This document shows, piece by piece, positions 13,760-26,885 of a DNA stretch of 64,000 nt. Each line of letters starts with the position of its first letter. Position 1 is the stretch's first letter. The DNA lies in the NCBI GenBank assembly GCA_028534125.1, contig CM052817.1:37388001-37452000 (forward strand), in the 5' to 3' direction. Made by a program: the position numbers and the translations under genes. The notes under the pieces are model-generated. The model had not been told where the DNA came from and searched no databases. It worked only from the letters and a program-made list of their open reading frames with translations. The stretch is from Lama glama (taxonomy: Eukaryota).

Positions 13760-14340
13760 GAATTTTGCAAGAAAGATAAACATAAAAGTAACTTAAGGAA
13801 TAAATGCTGTAATAAAGGACGGCATCTTTGAGAGGCAGGGGTCCACTGCTGCCTGAGAGTGAGTGGGGAAACTGCACAGAAGAGATGACTGAACAAGTAG
13901 CCGAACAGCACTGACTGCTCTGAACCACTCCTTCCTACCTTCTCTTCTCCTGGTCCCCAAGACAGCACTCTCCCGTTTCTCCTCCCACTTCTTTGGCAGT
14001 GCCTTCTCAGTCTCCTTGAGCCTTCTTGCTACTTAGTTGTCACTTAAGTTTCCTGTTCTTAGGCATCTTCATTCTCTTTCTCTCCTCTGGAATCTCATGT
14101 ACAATTGTGATTCAGTTTGTTCTGAATAAATGTGTCGCTTGAGCCCAAACCTTCCCCCAATGAGCTCCATTCTTACATAACCAGTTGTCCACTTGACAGC
14201 TCCTCTTGCAAGCATTTTCATGGGCATCTCAAATTAAACATTCCTCTGAAGGACGTGTACCATCTTCAGTCTTCCTCCTCTTGAAAAACAGCATCTCCCA
14301 GTGACATAGCATCTCCCCACAAAAAAGTAGGTAGAAATTC

Positions 14341-14465
14341 TTTTTTTTTTCTTGGTGGGGAGAGGTAATTATATTTATTTATTATTCTAGAGGAGGTACC
14401 AGGATTGAACCTGGGCCTCATGCTTGCTAAGCATGTGCTCTACCACTTGAGCTATTCCTCCCCCT
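14341..14465 (-). mobile_element. Camelid tRNA-derived SINE
   Basis: Reverse complement of the same consensus; TSD tag(a/g)aattctt. Confidence 0.9.
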
Positions 14466-17084
14466 TAGGAATTCTTGATCTTTCTCTTTTATACATCCTT
14501 TGCAACCAACCAACCAACCTACCTACAAACATCCCCCCATTTTTCGCCATTTCTCCCCAGTTATCCAGAATCCATGTGGGTCTCCCCGGCTCTCCCATGA
14601 ACTATTAATAGGCCCCTAACTGGTTTCTGAGCTTCCACATTTGTCCCGCTGTACTCCACTCCCCACTTGACAAGGGACCTTTTAAAATCACATCAACCAT
14701 TAACCTACTTAAATTTCTTTGATGGCTTCCCATCCCCCTAAATATAAAGTCAAATTTCTTACTACACCCCCAGATCATTTCCTGGTCTGATGCTCTATGT
14801 TCCAGCTCTACTGAAGTTCACTCAGTTCCTCAAAGGGGCCCTATGGTTTTTTTCCACCCAAATCTTTAGAAGTATGTTTCCTTTTATCTAGACTACATTT
14901 CTCTTTTCCTCATTCCACTTCTCAACTTTTTCAATTAATTCCTCAATATACATTAATTTTTTGCCCAGCTACCTCTTCCTCCAAGAAGCCTTCCCTGACT
15001 ATTCCCTAACTCTATGTTTAGGTGTCCTTCCTATATGTTCCTATAAAGCTCTGTACTTCCCTGCTCTGTACTTCACTTACATATGAAGGAATGAATGAAT
15101 CAAGCAGAGATGGGAGAAAGGCATAGCATGTGCCAAGGCATGGTATTTGAAACACAAAGGCCGATATATGGAATTGTGAGAACTCCTGCAGGCACCACGG
15201 CAGGTGGAAGGACAGGAGTGACGGGAGATGAGATGAAGACAAGGCTGAGGCCCAGGGAATGGAGGGTTTGAGAGCCACATGAAGGGATTCAATCTCTAAA
15301 TTGTGAGTGACAGGGAGCCCTGGAAGTTTTTTAAGTAGAGGAGCAAATGAACACAGGGGAAACCTCGGAGGAACAATTAAGTTAGGCTGAGAGATGACGA
15401 CTAACAGTTAAGGGCATGTAAGAATATGTGGAGGGCAGTGATGGCATTCTGGAAGCAGTTCTGGCTTAGCAATCCAGATGTGGGAGTCATCTCTGGGGGG
15501 CGGTGAAGCTGTGATGAGCAACTGTTTGCAGAAAATCTGCAGTGTAAGAAAGGAAGACAGTAGGGGATAGAGGTCTGAGAAATGACAACTTTTATCAGGT
15601 AGGAAAAAAGGAAGTCGAACATGAAAGTGAAAGGGGCCAATTAAAACAAACAACAAGGAGCTCAAAAGCCAGGACAGGTGTCCCAGGGCAGGGTCAGGGA
15701 GGAGGAAGGCATGCCCACATCGTGTGTCTGACCCACTACGCGGCGCTCTGCACACAATGGGTGTGGAGCATCTGCTGCCGTGTAAGCTGATACACCGTAG
15801 ATCTCTGCTCAGGCTTCCGCTATTCCAGAGAAGCCGCGTGGATTTCCCAGATTATCAAGTCTCTCTCTCACTAGAGAAATCGTCCCCGTGGGGAGTTGGG
15901 GAGGATAAAGAGTACACCCACTGAAATGTAGCTTTTTGACTACATTTCAAAAAACCACACCTGCTCCCTGATTCAAAGGATGACAGAGGTGAATCTCTTT
16001 GAACAGAAACAATAAATTTGTCTTCATACAAAATATTACTTGCTACTTTTTCAAATTGGGAGTTTTAATGTATCCTCTAACTTCATAAGGGAGAAAAATC
16101 TTGCTGTCGTGGGAAAAGGTCATCTGAGTGGGTGCAAGTTGGGGAGGGGTGCAAAGAATCGGACAATGTCAGACACGCTGATGGGGAAGAACTGTGTGTG
16201 CAAGTCTCCACAGGCTGAAATCAGCACATCTTAGAGGGCCAAATCAGCAGACTGGCTGAACCAAATAATTCTTACGGATTCCCAATTGAGCACTGGCCTC
16301 ACAATGATGCCAAATATCAGTATTTCCTTTCTGTGAGCCATCGTGGAACACCTATCTTCAAAATGCAGGCAATATTCCTGTCTCCTGGCCATACTCCTCT
16401 CCTGGACATAGGCTTAGAATGCCAAAGGAGAAGAGAAAATGTTCCAACTCTGGGCTACACCCTTCATTCCTCCCCTCTGGCCCCGGGATTGGTGACAGAA
16501 CAGGCTTAGCAAAAGTGTGTGTGGAGCTTAAACACTAACGTGAGCTGCAAGCCCCGCTTAACAGACAACAACGCTGCTGCAAGATGACACAGACAGATGA
16601 GCCTGAAGAGTGAAATCCAGGTGACTCTGAAGCAGCACTGGTTGAAGGCTTGCTGGGGTTTGAAGCAATTTGTTTTTAAAAGGTCAATGAAGACAAATAG
16701 GCAGCAGTAAACTACTGTTTACACAATCCTGAAGACTATACACAGGCCTTAAAATGTAGTTTTCAACAGTTGGGTCAACAAGCAATTGCCTCAACAGCTA
16801 CAGGATTGCACAGAAGCACCAAGTTAACCCGACAGTAATAGAGCAAGAACTCTGGGCTGTTTTTTCCAAGAAAGGGCAAATAAATACCCATTATAACCAT
16901 CCTCCATCCTCCATGACAGCAACAACTGTAACAGCAGCAAACTCAATCACTCATTAATGACTGGTTTTGCAAAGCACAGAGATAATGCTGAAAGATCAAA
17001 CAGACCTCCAGCGTAAAAGAAATACACAAGTTACACAGATGTGTGATGTGACACTGAGACTGAGGGAGATAAGCACCAGAGGTC

Positions 17085-17554
17085 GTGTTAGTCCAGGTCT
17101 AGTCAGGAACAGAGAAACCACACAATAATGTGAACAGAGGTGTAACACAAAAAATGTTAAACTATGAAGGGGAGAAACTATAAAGACATAAAGAGAGACT
17201 CTAAGGGATACCCTCAGCTGAGACAGGGTACCCTAGGAAGGACAGACTTCGAAGGGTGGGGGGTCACCCCCCAAAGCGGATGTTGAGATGTCACTGGCGA
17301 GGATATGACTACAGCCCACGGATGGCAGAGAAGTTCACTGGAACTGGTCTACACTAGCCAATCAGCAGTAAACAACTCTCCGGATGCAGGCAAGCCAAGG
17401 CTGATGAGGTACACAGAGAGAGCTGGGAGCCTCTGCTGGAGCAGTGTGCCAGTGTCTGCACTGAGGGCCCAGGCAAGAGCTGCAAAGTCGCCAAGAGACT
17501 GCAAGCTCTGGGGCGTCTGGCTGGGGCAGAGCACCACTGGATGTGCGCACGTGT

Positions 17555-17586
<32 letters not shown>

Positions 17587-17815
17587 GCAGTGTGCATGCT
17601 CGCACTGACAGACTGCACAGCATGAGTAAGAAAGAACAGCAACCACAACCAGGAAGAGAATCTAACTGCAGCTGTGTCCCTCCAGCACCCCCTACTGACC
17701 AAGTGTAACACCACGCTCACTGTAAAGGAGAAAAGCTGAGAGTCCGTTACATATAGTACAGCAGGTACTGAAGGGTGAATCTGGAGAAAAGAGACATTAA
17801 TTCAAATCTGGCACA
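17085..17815. mobile_element. Ancient LTR (LTR78/LTR79-like) containing a (CA)n tract at ~17554-17582
   Basis: tgttagtccagg...cagagaaaccacac ... tgtccctccagcaccccctactgaccaagtgtaacacc ... tggcaca; homologous to 52175-52715. Confidence 0.6.
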
Positions 17816-18059
17816 GACGTAAAGGAAAGGATGGGAGTGCATAAAAAGAGTAATGAATTTCTTGGATGATTACAGTTTTAGAAGAGGTGATACTTCAGCT
17901 GAATAAAAGGATGGGTAAGATGTCAACAGGAGGAATAAGAGAAAACCCATTCCAAGTTGAGAAGTCAGTTTTATTATAATTCTGGGATCCTGAGCAAACC
18001 TCTTAGCCTCTTCAAGCCTATGTGTCTTATAATCCCTATGAGATAAAAATGCAACAGCT

Positions 18060-18185
18060 GGGGAAAAGAGTATAGCTCAGTGGTAGAGTACATGCCTAGT
18101 ATGCATGTGGTCCTGGGTTCCATTCCCAGTACCTCTATTAAAATAAATAGATAACGTAATTATCTCCCCCCAAAAAAGAAGATTT
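18060..18185 (+). mobile_element. Camelid tRNA-derived SINE
   Basis: tatagctcagtggtagag...gggttccattcccagtacctc; TSD aaaaatgcaa(c/g)agct. Confidence 0.9.
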
Positions 18186-21100
18186 AAAAATGCAAGAGCT
18201 AACTGTGAATAAACTTGGAAAAAAATTTAAAGCACTAGATGAAAACCACTTGATAATACTTTTACATAGCAACTAGAATGCAAGCTCTAATAGGAGCTCC
18301 TGCAAGAACGATCTACCCCCAGCCCAGTTCCTTCTCTCCCCAGCCTTACCTCCTAGCAGACCCTTGTAGTATCAAGGGTCTCCACAAGTCTTTGCTGAAT
18401 GGATGAGTGAATCTTGGATTATCGTAACAGAGAAGACCCTCCATTTAAAATCAAACAAAAAATAAATAAATAAGTAATAAATAAATAAAATCAAACAAAC
18501 TGAAGGAAATGCATGATTTCTTATTTACTTAACATAAAAGGGTAAAAAGGATTAATTAAATACCTACTTTCTCTACATGTTAGACACACTTATCTTGATG
18601 TTCACCCTAAACTATATCTGAATGCAATACTGTAATAAGGAAATACGAAATGAAGGTTTCACTGAGAAATGAATTCATAGCATCATCTACCATTTTAAAT
18701 TACACAAATTCTTAATAATATAAATTCCAAGATGACAAACAAAAACCCGCCTCATAACCACCTGAATCCACAGCCAGCAGGAACATTTGATTAAGCAGCT
18801 CACATACTGCCAGACCCTGGTCACAGCCCGGGATCTCTGAGCTGGGTCTCAGAGCAGGAGTAGAGGGTTGGGGGGTTGCTTCCCTGTACTATTCAATGGA
18901 GCCCAAACTTTTAAACCTCCTCGGGGCTTTAAAGACATCGTTGAATTCAAATTCTCCAGGCCCCAAACACTGAAACTGTCAAAGGAAGGTCAACAGAAAG
19001 AGAAGAAAATTAGTATTTATTAAATACAGACTCAGTGCAGGCAATGGGTTTTTAAAAATACCTTATCTCACGTAGTTCTTATTATTCGTATTTCACAAAT
19101 GAAGGAAGTGCAGTTTGGAAAGGTTAAATACATTGCCCAGCAGCCCAGCATTACACATCTAGTTGGGACTAGAATTCAAGCCGAAGTCTCACTATTTCAA
19201 AGCAAACTCACTTTCCCTTCAACTCAGGCTGCCTAGGATGAAAATTTTCCAGCAGAGTCTCAGCGAGCCTGTAAGAAGCATTCTGCTCACCTGAGTCACT
19301 GCCGTGGGTTAACAACACGATGACAGAAAGGTACGGTAACAATGACATTAAGAACTGTTCCAAGCATCCTCCCATCTCACCCTATTCATTGCCTTTGCTC
19401 TCCACTCTGTCCTTTACAAGGAACACATAGTTTAAAATACATTTTTTTAGACAAGTAAGATTAATATTCCCTGCTCTCATTTATTAAATACTCTGTTCTA
19501 TTTGAAAATCAACACTTTCATTCTTAAATTAAAGACGATTTCCTATCTCAGTTATCAAGTGCTCACTGGGGGAAAGTAAATTTCTGCCGGATGTTGAAAG
19601 ATAATCTAAAATGAGAGCGCCTACAACTTCTAACCGCTGAGAGCTTGATTTATTAACAGGGCCACCACCTGACATCTGTGCGATGCTCCTCGGACTGCAA
19701 AGTGCTCTCCAGGAGACAGCACACAGCACCTCACCGCGAGCATGAAAACAGCTCGCACTTATCTTAGGATGGGCACCACCTCCATCCCTCAATTTTAAAA
19801 TTAATTCAGCCTTTTCCTGCCAGCAACTCCATTAGTCACCCCTTCCATCCTTTCTTATCCCCACCCCACCTTCCACACCCCAGTGTAAGGATATCCACTT
19901 TGTTCCTGCAGTAGAAAGTTGCGTGTTTCTCTGGCTGCTGGAGCCATGCTGAACCTATCTCCCAGGAACAATCTTTTATCTAGTACTCCTTTCCAACGTC
20001 AGAAAAGAAAGTCAGCCACGAAGGATTTCTGGTCCAAGCCTCAGTTTTTCGAACTGGAGCTCAGAAAGGATTTCCCTGCCGCTGGCTTCCACCAAGTCAA
20101 TGTGGAATAGACTTGGGGTCTGGTGACAGAAGGAAGGTAGCTTCTTCTGTGTCTGTCACCGATCCTTTTTCCCTCTTCTTCATCTGTAAAATACAGCCTC
20201 TCAAGTAGCTGTGAGTCTGAAATGAGATCGCACCTGTCAAATACTCACTACTGCAAAATCTGGTCACTGTGCTCATTAAATATTAGCTGCTTTTGGTATC
20301 TGAGCTCCTAAAAGCCGTTTTAACCAGGAGTGTCTCCCACATCTTGCCATCCCAGTATATCTCCAGAAAAGAAGGCCTTGGAGACTCTCTTATCTAGACT
20401 TGAAAACACCTCGGCTTGGAGGACAGCTTCTCTCTACCCACCATCCAGGGGTCCACTCCCCTCCTGCTGTGACCTCTGCTCCTTCCTCAAATCTCACAAC
20501 ACTCGGAAGGCGATTACCAAACGCGTGGGAAGGCAGTAAACACATTAGAATTTTGGGTGCCCAGCGCCTTACTGGTTGCACTCGGGTTACAAAGGGCAGT
20601 CTCTGACCTCCAGCTGTTTAAAATCTGGCTAAGGCTTGGCCGGACAGCAACAAAGGAGCAAGCGAAAAAACAGCGCGCATGAGATAAGCGTGATGGGGAG
20701 CTGGGCACACCGTGATGGGAGTTTACTGAAGGTGGACCTTCAGCTGCAGGGTTGAGTTTAGAGAGCAGTTTTCAAGTCTTGGTTCCATAAAATGCTAGAT
20801 TATTAGTGCTAATAATAGTGTTTTAATGGTGTTGCTTTCAACATAAACTTTGAACATAAAATGTTCAAATACTGTAATTTTGGTTAAGGGTTTTAGTCCA
20901 AGGCAAAGCCCTGTACTCCATAAATAAAAGGAGTATTAACTTTAAATGTAAATTTGAAAACAACAGCCTGTGGACTTCTTTAAAGTCCTAAGAATTTACT
21001 TAAAAATTGACCTCCTTCTGCGTTGCATGGGAGTCAGGGAGTTTTTCTCTTTTTGTTGGGCAGGAGAAGCAACAGAGGAGGGATCTAAGCCCTCAGCCTC

Positions 21101-22223
21101 CCTAGAGGAACAGGACTCAGAAATTCTGCCCTGTTCTCCCTTCTTGCAACGAAAACGCCGCTGAACCCAGGACACTTCAATTCTCAGTCTAGCAGGAGTA
21201 CCTGTGGGGCCACCCCAGGCGGAGCCATTTACCCAGGATTTGAGAGTCAGGGCAACCCGGGTAACAGAGGCTGCCTCCCTGTCACCCTAACAAAGATCTT
21301 CTCCAGGGTGAGCAGTCAAAATTCAAACGAAGAGCAGCCCCGCGCTCTCCACTAGGAAACCCTGTTTTCTTTTAATTAAAAAAAATGTAGAGGTCACCCC
21401 TCAGCTTTGTTTACCAGTAATGAGTCCAGCAGCCCCCATTTATCACCCCTGGAGATTCTTTTACACTTTGATGTGAAAAGAGTCAGGGCTCATTGTGATT
21501 TCAACTACTCCAACAGCAGCCCTTTCACTTGCAAACGAAGCTTGGGCCCCCAGTAAGAACTGACTGTCAGAAAAAATTCATTGCCTTTCCTTCCGATGAT
21601 TTATCAGAGATGGGGAAAGAAGCTGGTTGTAAGACAACCTTCCAGGAAGGGTTCCCAGCACACCCCTACTGCATCGCCGCCTTCACTGGCTCTTTCTGCC
21701 CAAGTGCCCCTTTCCCACTGCTCCGAAGGGCCTAACATTACTTACTGTTTCCGTGCTCCCCCGCTTAGGGCAACGCACCAGGGCAAGGAAGACAGCAGCA
21801 CCCCAGCTTGCCCCTAACGGACCCATAATCGTCCCAATAATTTAGTCACAAGTCACCCGTTTTCCCCGTCTTTACCAGTCTCTTACGTTAAAGGGGACTG
21901 AGTATTAAGGAAGCTTAAAAGGAAAGAGGATTTAAAGATTGCCTGACACGTGTAAGAATCTGAAGTGGGAGTCAAAAAGAGGAAGGGCCCAGCAGGACAA
22001 GGAAGACTGTTTTTCAAGTAAACTTTAAAAATGAGAATACAACATACATTTAAAAAGGGCATGGCTCACAAGTGCGTTTCCACAAAGTGACACACTCCTG
22101 TAACCAGCACCCAGTACCAGCACTCTTGGGCTATTAAACTATTTTCAGCAAAAAAGACTTAACTCAAATTTAACCAAACTTGAGTGCTAACTTTCATTCT
22201 ACAGGAAATACCTGGGACAGAGC

Positions 22224-22432
22224 TACAGGGATCCCCAACCTCTGCACTAGTGGCATTGGGAGCCAGAGGATTCTTGGCGGTGGGGGGCCGTCCTGGGCAT
22301 TACAGGATGTTTAGCAACATCCCTGGGCTCCACCCGCCATATTATGACGAAGAAAAATCTCTCCAGACATTGTCAGATTCTCCCTGCTCCGGCGAGGGGG
22401 GGGGGAAATTATTCCAGGCTGAGAACCACTGG
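22224..22432. mobile_element. MER20-like hAT-Charlie MITE
   Basis: gtcctgggcattacaggatgtttagcaacatccctggg...ctccagacattgtcaga...gctgagaaccactg. Confidence 0.8.
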
Positions 22433-23569
22433 TACATAAGAATAAAAACATACTAAGAGGAAGCAACCACGCAAATCCACAAAGTAGGACTTACATTCAG
22501 CTCAGCTTCCTCCACCAGTCAACCCCCTCCCCCACCACATAAGGAGGGTAAATGCTTTAGGTTAAGACTTAACTGACAAAACCTAACGCAATGTATGCAC
22601 TTCGGTTTGCTTCAATCAGGATGTAAATAACTTTAACAGACATTTTAAAACAATCTGGGCAATTTGGATATGGGCTAATTAACAGATGACTCTAAAATGT
22701 TAGTTTATTAGGCATGAGACTGGTATGCAATTCTGTAGGGAAATATCCCTTTTTTTTTTTTTTAATGAGATGCACATAAGGTATGCCAGAGTGAAAAAGC
22801 AGATGTCTGGGATTTGCCTTAAAGCACTTCAGTGAAGAACAAAAGAAAAAGGATAGATTTTTAAGTGTGGCAAAATACTGAGAAACGTTAAATCTGGGGG
22901 AAAGGGTATTTGAAAGTTAATGAACTATTCTCTCTACTTGTATTAATGTCCGAATGTGTCTATGATAAAATTTATTCTTTTAAAGTGAAGAAAAGAAAAA
23001 AGAGTAGGCAAGAACTATGATAAAGTCTATACTAAATTAGGTTATCATGCCCAATCAGGGCCAATATTAATTGTTCACTGCTGCTACAGTACACACGCTT
23101 TCTTTCTGTCTTTCTCTTGTCCACACCCCCTCCTTTCCTACTTTCCCTCATTTTCTCCCTTTAGACTGTCTTCCCTGTAACAAGTCTTGGACCACCCCAA
23201 GCTTTCAGTAACTGAGCTTTCATAAAATCTGTTCACTTAACCATATCTATTAACATCTTACCTACGTAAACACATACAATCCAATGTCTACCGTTTTAAA
23301 GTCATTTTAAATCAACAAAAATGGTGGCACTCTGCACTACAGGTTAGGAAGACAGCACCATCAAATGAAGCATCCGAACTTGTTTGCCAAAGGCAGAAAT
23401 GAAACTGCACAGCGCCTCACGTTGTTAAATTGTTTAGTATAGTCATTTAAAAATTCCCCACCAAAACAAACTTGTTGCCCCAGCATTCCCTAGTCCTTTT
23501 CCTTCTTTAAACTACCTCAAATGTTTTTATTTATTAGTCTCATTATATAGCATTTTAAAGAGCTGTCAA

Positions 23570-23738
23570 AAAATTTTTTATTGAACTACAGTTGATTTAC
23601 AATGTTGTGTTAGTTTCTAGTGTAGGGCATAGTGATTCAGATATATATGTATTTTATATATACATATTCTTTTTCATAGTAGATTGTTACAAGCTATTGA
23701 ATATAGCTCCCTGGGCTATACAGCACAGTCTTGTTTAT
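23570..23738 (-). mobile_element. 5'-truncated L1 3' end
   Basis: ttttttattgaactacagttgatttacaatgttgtgttagtttc...atatagctccctgggctatacagc. Confidence 0.85.
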
Positions 23739-24339
23739 CAGCATTCCCTATGGTCTGATTCACACATTCAACTACTAACTCCTCCAGGTCTTTGCTTCCT
23801 CCAGCACAATGAGGCAGAACACCACCTGATCTGACCACATTACAGGGTTATCATGAGGTACAGAAAACAAGACTCAGGTTCTGAAATAACGTCCTCCAGG
23901 CTTCTGAAAAACAAAGGAAACTGGAAGGAACTCAAATTCTTTTCTTCTTAAACCTGTTCCACAGATTCCAAAGGAGGCTAGCTTCAGAAGAAAAGGATTC
24001 TGAACCCTCCAAAAAGAAAAGGGTTCTTCCCCAAATCAGGATAGTATAAAATTGTCATTCCTACAAAGATGGTATAATCCTTAACAATTCAACTTATTGG
24101 CCATCTTATCCACCACCAAGGACCAAAGTGTCACCTAAAATGTTATAATGCCAACTCCCTGGACTAGAATCCATTCTGTGGAAGGCACTGAATAAATATT
24201 AGTTTGTTCTGCTCCAACTCTACAGCATTAGTAGAGCATTCAAGGCTGAAGGTAAAGAGAAAAAACATACACAAATGTACCTGAAACTGATCATGGGCAC
24301 ACTGACTTGCGAACTCAGAATAATCTAAAGATGACTCTA

Positions 24340-24825
24340 AACATAAATCTACCATACAAGAAAGCAATTCCACCCCTAAAAATCTACCCAAAACAAAACA
24401 TACATGTAACATTATTCATAATAGCCAAAAAGTGGATACAACTCAAATGTCCATCAATTTGGTGAACAGTAAAACATTGGCATATATCCATATAATGAAA
24501 TATTATTTGACACAATAAAAAGAATGAACTATTGATACATGCTACAACATGGATCAATCTTGAAAACCTTATGTTAAGTGAAAGAAGTCAATCACACACA
24601 CAAAAAAACCCCACATACTGTATGACTGCATTTATATGAAGTGTCCAGAATAGGCAAAAGTATTAGGTAGATTAATGATTGCCTGGGGTCGGGGGTGAGA
24701 CACAGGCAGTTGCATCCATCGAGGGTGCAATTCTGAATCTGGATTGTAGAGAGGACTACACAACTCAGTAACTTTACTAAAAATCATTGAATTGTAAATT
24801 ATACCTCAATGAGTGATTTTTTTTA
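24340..24825 (+). mobile_element. Old L1M 3' end
   Basis: atagccaaaaagtggatacaactcaaatgtccatca...catgctacaacatggatcaatcttgaaaac...aagtgaaagaagtca. Confidence 0.8.
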
Positions 24826-26619
24826 ACACTTGCTACTTGTAAAAAATAAAATACTATGCAGCAGTGTTCTTACAGTTCGTGTAATTCAGGACAGTCTCAC
24901 AGCCAATATTAAATGTAAAACAGACCACAGTAAAACCTGTAAGTGTATCCACATGCCCCGCAAATAAACAAACGCTTTGTGTTTTGTTTCTAAAGATCTG
25001 TTTCCTCTATCATGCGCCTTCCGATGAACACTATTCTTGGAGTTGCTCACAAAGGAATCCCTTCCATTCAAAGAGTTGCCTCTAAAAAAAGCCTTTTTCC
25101 TTGAGGTGAACTGAGGAAGGTTCTCACTTTCCTGAAACCCACCAACCACTCTACCATCGTCACCAGAGCAATAGAACTAATAACTTATCAAGAATTCATG
25201 ATCTACCAGGCAGGACGTGTGATAAGCACTTACATACATTATTCTCCTTATCCTCATTCTAATGAGGCTTAAAGCTGAGCAATTCATCCAAGTAACCAAT
25301 GTGTCAGGGAACTGAACACACGCTGTCCGGCTCCAGAGTCCCACACTCAAGCTCACAGCACCACACGTGCAGCAACAGGTCAACCAGATCTTACGGGTGG
25401 AATTACTCAATACTTCTACAGTTTAGTCTTTGCCCCCCAAATTTTAACTGTCTCTTGGGGAAATAACTAATTCTGAAAACGATTTCCTCTTCTAAACCCA
25501 TCACACTGAGTGACTCATCTTCAACCACATATGACAGTGACACACACTTAAGAGTTAGAAACTCTTTTCTGAAATAAAGGGAAACAATGTGCTCTGTCTA
25601 AAGAAACATTATTGCACTTGTAAATCAAACCTAAAACAACTTGCTTGGGGAACACAGGAAATTTCACCATTCCAGGTGTGGATTATTTACAACGTCCAGG
25701 CCAATCACTGTTTCAGGAAAACACGGCCTGCAGCTATTAATCTCTCTGGTAAGCATCTGGAAGTTAGGCCCCTGATTTACTCACACAAAGAAAATCTGTC
25801 CGTATAATAGGTGCTAATCAGCTTAACACCTTGTAGCTTCCTCACTAATTGAGGACTCTTCTCAATTAGGAGAGTTAAATGGTGTTTCAGACCCTTGGGA
25901 GGGGGGTGGAGCTTTCAGGACCACAGTACTATGAATCAGGGTTCACAATATTCAACCCCTCAAATCTTCCCCCAAACAGGGAAACACATCAGCAGGTCTC
26001 CCAACACAAACAGAGGGTGAGAAGGGGACACGTTAGTGAAATAGCAAAGACTCATGTTCTCTCTTACAACAAGGGAAAAAAAGTAACTAAGAACTCCAAG
26101 AAAAATAAAAACACCATTCAAAGATGAAGCGATTTAAAATGTGGCATGAATTTGAACAATTTTATTCAGCTTAAGAGTTCATTTGTCCTGGTCAATATGA
26201 ATCTTCTCTTTCAAGTGGTACTTGGGTTGACTCTGAACCCAAAGAGGAGAAATAAAACCCTTCCCAGTCAGAATAATGTAATAAAATGTATTGGGTTTTC
26301 AAGCTTTTTTTATAAACTAAAAGACAAAGCTTGCAAGGGTACAGATAATTATAAAATAAAATGGGCTATCAATATGGACAATTTAAAACTAAAAGCAGAG
26401 CTAACAGCTGGAGCACAGAGAGAAAAATGGAAAAAAAGAGTAAGAATAATTATATTCTCATACTAGACTATGGAAAGTTGATGAAAAAAATTTTAATTTA
26501 ATGTTGATTCTATAATCTACAATAGTATGCTAATTTAAAATACATTATTATAAAGGCATTTAAATGTTAAAGATATTTAAGTTTATGAAATAAAAAACAT
26601 AAACATCAAAACAGAATAG

Positions 26620-26885
26620 ACAACACACAAGAACATATGATATTACTTTTAAATAAAAATTCAAAAGTAGGCAAAGCAAATCTACGGTGTTAGAAGTCAG
26701 AACGGTGGCAGGCTTTGAGGGAGATCATAGCCGAAGGGAAGACACAGGGGGGCTTCTGGAGAGCTGGTATTGTTGTGGTTTGATCGGTTACACAAGTGTG
26801 TTCACTTTGTGAAAATGCACTGAACTGTACTAATAATGTCTGCCCTTTTCAGATTGTTATACTCCAATAACAATTTTTAAAAAGA
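26620..26885 (+). mobile_element. Old L1ME 3' end
   Basis: aggcaaagcaaatctacggtgttagaagtcag...gtgttcactttgtgaaaat. Confidence 0.7.
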
